From positions 1-40,677 of the forward strand of contig JBKJOH010000338.1 of NCBI GenBank assembly GCA_046593295.1: a stretch of 40,677 bases of DNA, read 5' to 3'. Below the pieces are notes generated by a model. That model saw only the letters and a list, made by a program, of their open reading frames with translations. It had not been told where the DNA came from and did not search any database. A program made the position numbers and the translations under genes. The DNA comes from Polaromonas sp. (GTDB taxonomy: Bacteria; Pseudomonadota; Gammaproteobacteria; Burkholderiales; Burkholderiaceae_C). Shown here piece after piece: positions 30,391-38,779 of the stretch. Numbering within the stretch: position 1 is the stretch's first letter; each line of letters begins with the position of its first letter.

Positions 30391-31002
30391 TCAAAGGCGA
30401 TGATTTGCAATAGCACGTTCGCGTTGGACAGGGCGAGATATGGCAACCTCCAATTCACACTTTTGGTGATTGGCGATGAAGCGATTTGCCAAACTGCGGA
30501 CCAGCTCGGCCATTTTCGGAAGGTAGCGACCCGACTCTGCGTCTTCCAATAAATCAAAAGCTGATTTCATATCTCGCGGCTCCATAAGCTGCTCGATCAC
30601 CTGAACAATGCTTTTATGGATCCTGTCATCCTGCGGAAGAGTTTCCATTGAGAGCATCCCACGAAATATCCAATCGATTGCAACCTCAGGCGCAATCTCG
30701 CCAGCCAGCAACATAAGCTTCAACGCACATTGATCTGCGACTTTGTAGGTGGCGGCAACGATGATGCTACCCTGCTGCATGGCTCCCGTCGGAAAACTGA
30801 TGTCGAACACTTGATCGAAAATTGACTCGCCCGACAGTTCCTCAAAAAGTTCAATCTGACTGATAGCAGCCACGACATCGTCGTTTTTAAAGGCTCGGTC
30901 AATTGATGTCAACGCCATCTCGGATTGAGCTCGTTTGACATTAGATTCAGTCGCTCCGCAACCATTTTTAAATTCGCGTTTTTTCCGTGATGCTTTTCCC
31001 AT
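30391..31002 (-). CDS. Hypothetical protein
   Basis: ORF with RBS AAGGA before MGKASRKKR. No family recognised. Confidence 0.55.
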   Translation of the reverse strand: MGKASRKKREFKNGCGATESNVKRAQSEMALTSIDRAFKNDDVVAAISQIELFEELSGESIFDQVFDISFPTGAMQQGSIIVAATYKVADQCALKLMLLAGEIAPEVAIDWIFRGMLSMETLPQDDRIHKSIVQVIEQLMEPRDMKSAFDLLEDAESGRYLPKMAELVRSLANRFIANHQKCELEVAISRPVQRERAIANHRL

Positions 31003-31113
31003 CTTCATTCCTTCTAATAGGCCAATGCGTGGCCATATGTTGAATTCAATCTGCTTGCACGCCAAACGGAGAATTCCGGCGATGCGACTGGCGCGATACG
31101 CACCGATGCCAAA

Positions 31114-31518
31114 TCAGAGAATGTCGGAACGCTCCTTCAACGCCTTCTTTGCGGCGCTGGGTTTGTTCGTCACCAATTCAAATTGGTTGATCCGCTTGAT
31201 GCCTTCCAACGCCATGCCGCAACGGAAAGAAAAGACCTTCTTGATGACGATGCCATCGCGCAGCACATGGACAGTAGTTCTCCACGAACGATGGGGCAGG
31301 CGCTCCTTGGAAGAGAATTCATATTCGTAGACACGAAACTGCTTCTTGTCGAAGTCAGGATGCTTGAATCTTTCGACAGCCGGGACGCCATCGATCCTCA
31401 ACACAATTTCCTCGTCATCGGCGACGGATTCTGAATAATTGAAACTGCTTGCGCGCGACATGGCGATCTTCGCCAATGGGCCTCGCGCCGCCGGACTCTT
31501 GCCTTTGGTAAATGACAT
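31114..31518 (-). CDS. Hypothetical basic protein
   Basis: RBS AAGGAG before ATG 31518 (MSFTKGK). No family recognised. Confidence 0.5.
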   Translation of the reverse strand: MSFTKGKSPAARGPLAKIAMSRASSFNYSESVADDEEIVLRIDGVPAVERFKHPDFDKKQFRVYEYEFSSKERLPHRSWRTTVHVLRDGIVIKKVFSFRCGMALEGIKRINQFELVTNKPSAAKKALKERSDIL

Positions 31519-31737
31519 CTCATCGCTCCTTTGGATTGAACTTCTGCATTTCGGCAGCACGATTGCTGTCAAAGTGTTGGAAGTATCTGCGCGATGAGAG
31601 TTTGGGTTGTCCTACAGTGAGACGAGTGAAGGCAAACGACGGCATGCGACGGCGCGACTTAAATTAATCGCTGCAAATACCGCCTTCAGTGTTGCTTTCA
31701 CACGTCGCGCGGCGGCACATTGCATATGTTTAGGCGC

Positions 31738-31761
31738 AAAAAAAGCCGCCCAGTGGCGGCT
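31738..31761 (-). terminator. Rho-independent terminator after the int/xis-like genes
   Basis: Minus strand reads AGCCGCC-ACTG-GGCGGCT followed by a T-run. Confidence 0.8.
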
Positions 31762-31786
31762 CCTAACTTCCCGTCCGATCAGCCGT

Positions 31787-32428
31787 TCAAGCGCGGGGCT
31801 TCGCGCCTTGAATTGACGCTTCGAGCGCGGCCGTCGCAACGTCGGTGGAATCGATTCCATTTTGAACGCCCCGCAAGGACTTCGTCAGCACGTCCTGGAC
31901 GGACTCGGCGAAATCCCGATGTCGGGACAGGTCGGTCCAGCGGCGCGACGCGGCCTCGACGGGAGTCATCCACAAAATATCCCAGTGCCCTATACGCTCC
32001 ACCACCGTCCCCAGCAGGTTTTCCTCCACCATGGATTCGACGTTGCCCATCTTGTCGAGGTAAAACGCCTCGTGCTCGGCCACATCGAAGAGGGTGGCGA
32101 ACTTTTGCCCCTTGCGAATCGCCGCCTGAGTGGAATCGGACACTTGATTCCCATCCAACCAAGCGATCAAATGCGCTTTTTTGTAGAGGCACATTTGATT
32201 AGTGCCCGCTGCTTTGACGCCGCCACCTTGGCTATATATCGGGCCTCCGCCTTCCTTGCGAAGCCGCTCCAACTTCGTCACCGATGTGCGCAGGAATATC
32301 GCCGCCTCGCTTGTGGTCAACATGACGCTTGGATCGAGCGCGCTGATTGCCGCGAGCACTTCGGTGACCTTCATCACCATCCCGTTGTAACGCGCGTCGG
32401 CTAATAAGTTCTGGGCCATTCCTGCCAT
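31787..32428 (-). CDS. Excisionase-like HTH protein with a long C-terminal extension
   Basis: MLTTSEAAIFLRTSVTKLERLRKEGGGPIY is an HTH_17/AlpA-like pattern. Follows the integrase; RBS GGAG. Confidence 0.75.
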   Translation of the reverse strand: MAGMAQNLLADARYNGMVMKVTEVLAAISALDPSVMLTTSEAAIFLRTSVTKLERLRKEGGGPIYSQGGGVKAAGTNQMCLYKKAHLIAWLDGNQVSDSTQAAIRKGQKFATLFDVAEHEAFYLDKMGNVESMVEENLLGTVVERIGHWDILWMTPVEAASRRWTDLSRHRDFAESVQDVLTKSLRGVQNGIDSTDVATAALEASIQGAKPRA

Positions 32429-32493
32429 GATTTCTCCATATTTAGTAAATTTTTCATCAGCTTACCCGAGAGCCTTGATCCAGCGGCTTTCGC

Positions 32494-34101
32494 CTAGGCG
32501 GCCTCTTTTCGCGGTCGTCCTGTCCTAGGTTTGGGCGGCCGGCACTGATGCGGCTCGATCGGTGGCATGGGCGGCCAGTCTGCGGGCTTCAACGAGTTGT
32601 AGACGTTGGGCGCCCTCGACAAGATCGACTGCTCGATCTTCATCATCCATTCGCGCAGCAAACTCCATTCGGCCTGCGTGTAGACATCGGTCACCGAGGA
32701 ATGCGCGTGGTTTAAGAACCGGCTCTTGATGCTGTCGGGCACCTCCAACGCGGTCATCACCGCGCCAAAGGAGCGTCGCAAGTCGTGTCGGTTGAGGCGC
32801 TCTACACCGATCTCTTCGCGGAGGTCATCGAGCAAATCGGTCGCGTCCGAATAGTGTCCGCTGTTGGACAGCTTGCTGCGGGCCGGGAAAACGAATCTCC
32901 TGGACTTGTCGCCGAATCCTCTTCGAACGGCCTCGGCTGCCGACGCCGCCTGCCGGCGTTTAAGAAGCTCCAAGGTCATGGGCGTGATGGGCATGCGGTG
33001 GTTGCGCCCGTTCTTGGTCTTGTAGAAGAAGACGTAGGGACCCCAGTCGGGATGATCTTTGAGCACGACGTGGCTCGTGGATCGGCGCCCAATCCCCACA
33101 CCTCCCACCTCCGTCAACAGCTCGCCCCAGACCAACCCCGCGTGCTCGCTTTTCCGGCATCCCCAGAGCAGCATCAGCATGAGGTAGTGGACGCCGGTCA
33201 AGTTGTCGTTCATGTCCTTCTTCGACCAGCAGGCCTCCAAGAAACGCCCGAGGTCCTGAGTGGGGCGCAGCGGATTGCGCTTGCCCTTCTCCTCGCGCTC
33301 GGCGTCGATCATTTCCTTGGAGCGGTAGTGCCCGTTGAGGCTAAGCGTGCGAAATGGATTGCCTTTGAGCGTGGGCTCGCGGTTTTGCGCGTCGGCCCGA
33401 ATCTTCTCGTTCTCGATATACCAATCAATCGCCCGCGAGGGCCAGCGGAAAGCTTGCTCGGTGGCAGTCGGCGTCGCGTCCTTGGTTTTTAAAAACTTCT
33501 CGATGATGTCGGCGTCGGAGACCTCGCGCACTTTGCGGTCCGACCATTTCCATTCCTCATGCCGCTTCATCACCCGGTCGTAGACCTTCAAGGTCTCCAC
33601 CTTGGCAGGCTTGACGGTGCGGGTGGTCAGGTGCGCGCGGTAGGCCAGCATCGCCTGCTTCAACGTGACCTCGGCCGCATTGGCTTCCCTGGCGAGAGCG
33701 TTGGGGTTTTGGCCCGTCTCGATCATGGTCCGAGCCAAATTAGCCGCTTTGGCCCGAGCATCCTGTATCTTGTCGAAGTCCGCGACATTGCCGACTTTGG
33801 AGAGCATGGATTTGCCCATGACCTTGCGGCGCAGGATGAAGGTCTTGTTGCCCGCCACTTTGAGGCCGAAGCCCGGCGGAGCGTCGCGGCTGGTGTCCCA
33901 TAAGATGTAGCTTTCGGGCTTGGGGACCGGTTTTTCCGCGAACGTCAACTTGCCATCGGCGCCGTAGCCCACGGGCGGGCGCTCAAGTTTTCGAAGCTTG
34001 CAGTAGTTGTCGTTGAGCTCGGCGCGCCATGCAGGCGCGCGCTTCGACGCTGCGGTCCCCACGGGGGATTCGGATTCTTGGCTCGATTCGTCAAGCTGCA
34101 T
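32494..34101 (-). CDS. Tyrosine recombinase/integrase with N-terminal arm-binding domain
   Basis: Catalytic set GCRKSE, KTKNG, HDLRR, LNH, DVY. N-terminal LWD...PGFGLKV. Confidence 0.93.
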   Translation of the reverse strand: MQLDESSQESESPVGTAASKRAPAWRAELNDNYCKLRKLERPPVGYGADGKLTFAEKPVPKPESYILWDTSRDAPPGFGLKVAGNKTFILRRKVMGKSMLSKVGNVADFDKIQDARAKAANLARTMIETGQNPNALAREANAAEVTLKQAMLAYRAHLTTRTVKPAKVETLKVYDRVMKRHEEWKWSDRKVREVSDADIIEKFLKTKDATPTATEQAFRWPSRAIDWYIENEKIRADAQNREPTLKGNPFRTLSLNGHYRSKEMIDAEREEKGKRNPLRPTQDLGRFLEACWSKKDMNDNLTGVHYLMLMLLWGCRKSEHAGLVWGELLTEVGGVGIGRRSTSHVVLKDHPDWGPYVFFYKTKNGRNHRMPITPMTLELLKRRQAASAAEAVRRGFGDKSRRFVFPARSKLSNSGHYSDATDLLDDLREEIGVERLNRHDLRRSFGAVMTALEVPDSIKSRFLNHAHSSVTDVYTQAEWSLLREWMMKIEQSILSRAPNVYNSLKPADWPPMPPIEPHQCRPPKPRTGRPRKEAA

Positions 34102-34131
34102 GGCTAGCCTCTCGAAAAAGCATGCGATTTG

Positions 34132-34250
34132 GTGGCAGGGGGAGTTCTGACCTTGCCCAAGCCCTTGTCACGCATCACATTTTTTGTGGCAGGGGGAGTA
34201 AGATAGAGCATATCAGAACATAGAGGAAGGCGGTCCCCACCGGATCCCCG
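34132..34250. promoter_or_regulatory. Right-arm repeats (putative integrase arm or Xis sites)
   Basis: Perfect 14 bp direct repeat GTGGCAGGGGGAGT at 34132-34145 and 34186-34199. GGTCCCCA and GATCCCCG at 34232 and 34243. Confidence 0.65.
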
Positions 34251-34328
34251 TAGACCATGTTGGCAAACGACGGAACTTGAAGGCGAACGAAGGAGCTTTG
34301 ATGCCTTCACAGTGAGATAAGTGATTGA

Positions 34329-36971
34329 ATGAAAACAGAAAAAGAGCAGATTGACGAGAAAGAGATAGAACCCCATGGGGAGGCATCAGGGGCCGTTAAA
34401 CACACGCCCATGATGGCCCAGTACCACGCCATCAAGGCGGAGTACCCTGAGACGCTGGTTTTCTACCGCATGGGCGATTTTTACGAGGTGTTTTATGCCG
34501 ATGCTGAAAAGGCCTCGCGCCTGCTTGGCATCACGCTGACGCGGCGTGGCCAGTCGGCTGGTGAGCCGGTTGTCATGGCGGGTGTGCCTTTTCATTCGCT
34601 TGAAGGCTATCTGGCCAAGCTCATCAAGCTCGGTGAGTCGGTCGCGATTTGTGAGCAGGTTGGCGATGTGGGCGCGAGCAAAGGCCCGGTGGAGCGCAAG
34701 GTGGTGCGCGTCATCACGCCGGGTACGCTGCTTGACCCCGAGCTGCTGGCTGACAAAACAGAATCTATCTTGCTGGCCGTACACCAGGGCGCGCGCAACA
34801 CCTGTGGGCTGGCGTGGTTGAGCGTAACGCAGGGCCAGATTAACCTGGCGCAGTGCGCTAACGATGAGCTGGAAAGCGCTCTAGCACGCATTGCCCCCAG
34901 TGAGCTGATTTACAACGTCGATGTCACCCCTGCTTTTGAGTTGCGTTTGAAGGCGCTGCGCTGCGCGGTCAGCGCCCGCCCAGCCTGGCAGTTTGATGCC
35001 GCACTGGGCGCGCGGCGTTTGCTGGAGCAGCTCAAGGTCGCGTCGCTGGCTTCATGGAATGCTGAGGGTTTGAGCGAGGCGCACGCTGCCGCATCCAGCC
35101 TGCTGGGTTATGCAGAACACACCCAGGGCCGCACCCTGCCGCATGTGCAGGCTCTGGCCGTGGTGCGCTCGGGTGAGTTGATTGAGCTGCCAGTCACCAC
35201 ACGGCGCAATCTGGAGTTGACGCAAACCCTGCGCGGCGAAGATTCACCGACGCTGTTTTCGTTGTTGGATACTTGCGCGACTGGCATGGGCAGCCGCACC
35301 TTGAAAAGCTGGCTGCTCAACCCCAGCCGTGACCGCAGCCAAGCCGCCAGCAGGCTTGAAGCCATCACGTATTTACGCAGTGGCCCACAGCAAACCTTGC
35401 GTGCGCAACTCAAGGGCGCCAGCGATGTAGAGCGCATCACCGCGCGCATCGCGCTGCGCCAGGTGCGGCCACGCGAGCTGCTGGCCTTGCAGTTGACGCT
35501 ACAGCGTTTGCTATTAAATAAGGAGCTTGTCACGCCCGTATCTATTGGGCTACAGCCACTTTTAGCCTCTATTTTTGCCGATTTGAAGCCGCCGGAAGGC
35601 TGCGAATCGCTCATCAGCCGCACCATCCTGCCCGAGCCCGCTGCGCTGGTGCGTGACGGCGGCGTTATCAATCATGGCTGCGATGCAGAGCTTGACGAGC
35701 TGCGCGGCATACAGACCAATTGCGATGCATTTTTGCTGGACCTTGAAGGCCGCGAAAAGCTGCGCACCGGCATCACCAACCTGCGCGTGCAGTTCAACAA
35801 GGTGCATGGCTTTTACATTGAAGTCACGCAGGGCCAAGCCAGCAAGGTACCTGACGACTACCGCCGGCGCCAGACCCTGAAAAACGCCGAGCGCTACATC
35901 ACGCCCGAGCTAAAAAGCTTTGAAGACAAGGCCCTGTCTGCGCAAGAGAGGGCGCTGGCGCGCGAGAAGTTTTTATATGAGCAGTTGCTTGACCAGTTGC
36001 AGGCCTACATTCCCGCGCTCAGTCGCCTGGCACGCGCCCTCGCCGCACTGGATGCGCTGTGTGCGTTGGCCGAGCGCTCGCTCACGCTGAACTGGGCCGC
36101 GCCGGTGTTTGTCAAAGAGCCGTGTATTGACATCACACAAGGCCGACACCCGGTGGTTGAAGCGCGGCTGCTGGAGACGGGTGCAACAGCATTTATCGCC
36201 AACGATTGCAGCATGAGCGCCAAACAGCGCATGCAGGTGATTACCGGCCCGAACATGGGCGGCAAGTCAACCTACATGCGCCAGGTTGCCCTCATCGTGC
36301 TGCTGGCCAGCATGGGCTCATACGTGCCCGCAGCCAGTTGCAGGCTGGGGCCGATTGATGCCATCCACACCCGCATAGGCGCGGCAGATGATGTAGCCAA
36401 CGCGCAATCGACCTTCATGCTGGAGATGCTGGAGGCCGCGCAGATTCTCCACGCCGCTTCACCTACGTCTCTGGTGCTGATGGACGAGATTGGGCGCGGT
36501 ACCTCGACCTTTGATGGCCTGGCACTGGCGGGGGGCATTGCAGCGTACTTGCACAACAAGACGCAAGCCTTGACGCTGTTTGCCACGCATTATTTTGAGT
36601 TGACCGAGTTCCCGGCCAAACACCACGGGGCGATTAACGTCCACGTCAGCGCGGTTGAGGCGGGTAGCGATATCGTGTTTCTGCATCACATAGAGCCCGG
36701 CCCGGCGAGCAAAAGCTACGGCATTGCGGTGGCCAAACTGGCAGGCGTGCCTGCTGCGGTGGTTAACCACGCACGCCACGCTTTAAGCGCGCTAGAAGCC
36801 CAGCAAATTGATGCACGAGCGCAGGTAGATTTGTTTGCCGCCCCGCCTGACGCGGAATCCATAGCACCTAGCGCCGTAGAATCAGCGCTTGCAGGGATTG
36901 ACCCCGATAGCTTGAGTCCGCGCGATGCGCTGGAGACTTTGTATAAGTTAAAGAAGCTGATGAATCGCTGA
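34329..36971 (+). CDS. mutS: DNA mismatch repair protein MutS, with an element-derived 5' end
   Basis: [54 protein letters not shown]. The actual start may be 34329 or 34410. Confidence 0.97.
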   Translation: MKTEKEQIDEKEIEPHGEASGAVKHTPMMAQYHAIKAEYPETLVFYRMGDFYEVFYADAEKASRLLGITLTRRGQSAGEPVVMAGVPFHSLEGYLAKLIKLGESVAICEQVGDVGASKGPVERKVVRVITPGTLLDPELLADKTESILLAVHQGARNTCGLAWLSVTQGQINLAQCANDELESALARIAPSELIYNVDVTPAFELRLKALRCAVSARPAWQFDAALGARRLLEQLKVASLASWNAEGLSEAHAAASSLLGYAEHTQGRTLPHVQALAVVRSGELIELPVTTRRNLELTQTLRGEDSPTLFSLLDTCATGMGSRTLKSWLLNPSRDRSQAASRLEAITYLRSGPQQTLRAQLKGASDVERITARIALRQVRPRELLALQLTLQRLLLNKELVTPVSIGLQPLLASIFADLKPPEGCESLISRTILPEPAALVRDGGVINHGCDAELDELRGIQTNCDAFLLDLEGREKLRTGITNLRVQFNKVHGFYIEVTQGQASKVPDDYRRRQTLKNAERYITPELKSFEDKALSAQERALAREKFLYEQLLDQLQAYIPALSRLARALAALDALCALAERSLTLNWAAPVFVKEPCIDITQGRHPVVEARLLETGATAFIANDCSMSAKQRMQVITGPNMGGKSTYMRQVALIVLLASMGSYVPAASCRLGPIDAIHTRIGAADDVANAQSTFMLEMLEAAQILHAASPTSLVLMDEIGRGTSTFDGLALAGGIAAYLHNKTQALTLFATHYFELTEFPAKHHGAINVHVSAVEAGSDIVFLHHIEPGPASKSYGIAVAKLAGVPAAVVNHARHALSALEAQQIDARAQVDLFAAPPDAESIAPSAVESALAGIDPDSLSPRDALETLYKLKKLMNR
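34401..34415 (+). repeat. Right att core
   Basis: CACACGCCCATGATG (HTPMM codons of mutS). Confidence 0.85.
35507..35563 (+). repeat. REP/MITE-like repeat, copy 4, in-frame inside mutS
   Basis: TTTGCTATTAAATAAGGAGCTTGTCACGCCCGTATCTATTGGGCTACAGCCACTTTT, an AT-rich patch in a GC-rich gene. Encodes [19 protein letters not shown]. Confidence 0.9.
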
Positions 36972-37025
36972 TAGCCCCAGGTCAATGCCCGCGACGCTCA
37001 ATTCCTCATTACCTCGGTCGGACTC

Positions 37026-37439
37026 ATGCCAGATTTTTTTGCTTCTGCCCAACGCCATCTCGCGGATGGGGACCTGCTCGAAACTCATTCGCGAGCGCCT
37101 AATGCGGTCCAGTTGTGGGGGTACGGAGCTGAATGTGTATTGAAGTTCGTCGCCAGCAAGCAAGGACACTTCACCCTCAGCCCTGCCGGGAAGCCAACCA
37201 ACGGTTTTGATTTGCATGTGAATCAACAAAGAAGTGGACAAACTCTGCTGTCGCTCTATAACGCATTGCAAAGCGGTACCGCCGCCTTGTCTGGACCCGC
37301 CTCAGCTTTTGCAGATTGGAAAGTTGATGCCCGCTATGAAGATGGAACGCAGTTAAATCACATCTCCACCTACAAAGCTGATGCACAGGTTTTTCGCGCT
37401 CTGCTGAGTGCCGCACTGAAACAAGGACTTCTGCCATGA
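37026..37439 (+). CDS. Small HEPN-like protein
   Basis: RHLADG, LWGYGAECVLK, an internal His (DLHV) and DWKVDARY follow the HEPN pattern (GY..E..LK...H...W....RY). Confidence 0.65.
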   Translation: MPDFFASAQRHLADGDLLETHSRAPNAVQLWGYGAECVLKFVASKQGHFTLSPAGKPTNGFDLHVNQQRSGQTLLSLYNALQSGTAALSGPASAFADWKVDARYEDGTQLNHISTYKADAQVFRALLSAALKQGLLP

Positions 37440-38779
37440 CTCTACGTTTTGACGCAGTACTGCGCGAGTTAATTGCATGGCTGAAGATCAATCTTCAAGC
37501 GTTGCCACCAGATGGACGCGTCGTCGCGGTGCGAGACATTCGGGGGCAAGTTCGCCTAATTGTCGAAAGCGCAGACCTCGGGACGTGGAACTCAGAGAAA
37601 GAAACGGAAATCTCACAACGACTGGGAGCCTATCGAGCCGCAGGAGATTTTTTGATTCAGGTCGGCACAGAAAATGGGTTTGATGATTTCTTCAATGCCC
37701 CTGAAGCCTTTTCATCTGCTGAACTTCCCGAAAGAATCAAAATTCTTGACCGATTGATCACCGGCAGAGAATGGCTTTATCCCGTTGGCGGAAAAAGCAA
37801 CCACCCCCCGCGGTTTGTGTTTTTTGGCTTAAAGGGTGGCGTAGGTCGCTCAACCGCCCTTTCCATGGTGGCATGGCACCTAGCACAGCAAGGCAAGAAG
37901 GTACTTGTCATCGATTTGGACCTCGAATCTCCAGGCTTGGGCAACATGCTCTTGCCAGTACGTCAAGACCTGCGAGAAGACGGTGATACCGCACTTCCAG
38001 GCTGGCCCGACTATGGCATGACAGATTGGTTTGTTGAAGATGCAGTAGGCCAAGCGAACGAAGCGTTGTTGAACCAAATGATTCAGCCCAGCCCCATCGA
38101 GGGGTCTGGTCAAGGCGAGATCATCGTCGTGCCCGCAGCGGGAGGTCTGTACGATCAAAATTATGTAAGCAAACTGTCACGATCCTATGCCGACCTGCCA
38201 AACGCTCAAGGAAAAATTGAAGTGTTTGGTGATCGACTAACAAGAGCAATTTCTCAAATTGAAAATCACGTGCAGCCCGACGTTGTGCTACTGGACAGTC
38301 GCGCCGGCATCCACCATATTTCTGCCACTGCGCTGACGCGGCTCGATGCCCGCGTCTATCTGTTCGCCTCTGACAGCGAGCAAACGTGGGCCGGCTTCAA
38401 CGCGCTCTTTTCCCACTGGGCGCTGAAAACCGAAACAATCCGGCAAATCCGAGGCTCGCTACGACTCGTTTCTGCGCTCACGCCTTTCGGCTCAGAAAAA
38501 AAGACATTTCGGGATGCCTACGGCGAACACTCTTTTGACACCTTCGTTCGACTTTATGACGACGGGTCAAACCCAGCGTCTGGCGACGATTTATTCAGTT
38601 TTGGGGTATTTGAAGATGACGCACCACATCGTCCTGTGCTAGTTTGGCAAGACAGCGCATACCTTAATTTCAGCCCTTTGACCAAGACCGTTCAGCTTGA
38701 CACCGAGAAGGCCCAGTTGGTCTTCGAAGAACTATTTACCCGCATTGACCGTGACTTGAACAACAAGGAAAGCTCATGA
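37436..38779 (+). CDS. ParA/MinD-like ATPase with variant Walker A (KGGVGRS)
   Basis: FFGLKGGVGRST, VLVIDLDLESPG, VLLDSRAG, plus an extra ~120 aa N-terminal domain. Confidence 0.85.
   Translation: MTLRFDAVLRELIAWLKINLQALPPDGRVVAVRDIRGQVRLIVESADLGTWNSEKETEISQRLGAYRAAGDFLIQVGTENGFDDFFNAPEAFSSAELPERIKILDRLITGREWLYPVGGKSNHPPRFVFFGLKGGVGRSTALSMVAWHLAQQGKKVLVIDLDLESPGLGNMLLPVRQDLREDGDTALPGWPDYGMTDWFVEDAVGQANEALLNQMIQPSPIEGSGQGEIIVVPAAGGLYDQNYVSKLSRSYADLPNAQGKIEVFGDRLTRAISQIENHVQPDVVLLDSRAGIHHISATALTRLDARVYLFASDSEQTWAGFNALFSHWALKTETIRQIRGSLRLVSALTPFGSEKKTFRDAYGEHSFDTFVRLYDDGSNPASGDDLFSFGVFEDDAPHRPVLVWQDSAYLNFSPLTKTVQLDTEKAQLVFEELFTRIDRDLNNKESS

Larger units (their letters stand above)
10687..34415. 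mobile_element. ~23.7 kb integrative mobilizable element inserted in the 5' end of mutS
   Basis: Flanking direct repeat CACAC(C/G)CCCATGATG at 10687-10701 and 34401-34415. Integrase next to the right end. Xis-like gene, oriT, MobC, relaxase and ArdC present; no type IV secretion genes seen. Confidence 0.9.

Noticed and set aside
10687-34415. Prophage, satellite or self-transmissible ICE
   Set aside because: No capsid, terminase, primase or type IV secretion genes recognised; relaxase plus oriT fits a mobilizable element.
36861-36895. Possible fifth repeat copy near the mutS 3' end (ATAGCACCTAGCGC...GCGCTTG)
   Set aside because: Weak similarity only, and it encodes an ordinary MutS C-terminal segment ([14 protein letters not shown]).
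37436-38779. Plasmid or chromosome partition system (ParA)
   Set aside because: No parB or parS-like array nearby, a variant Walker A, and coupling to HEPN-like and ATPase genes.
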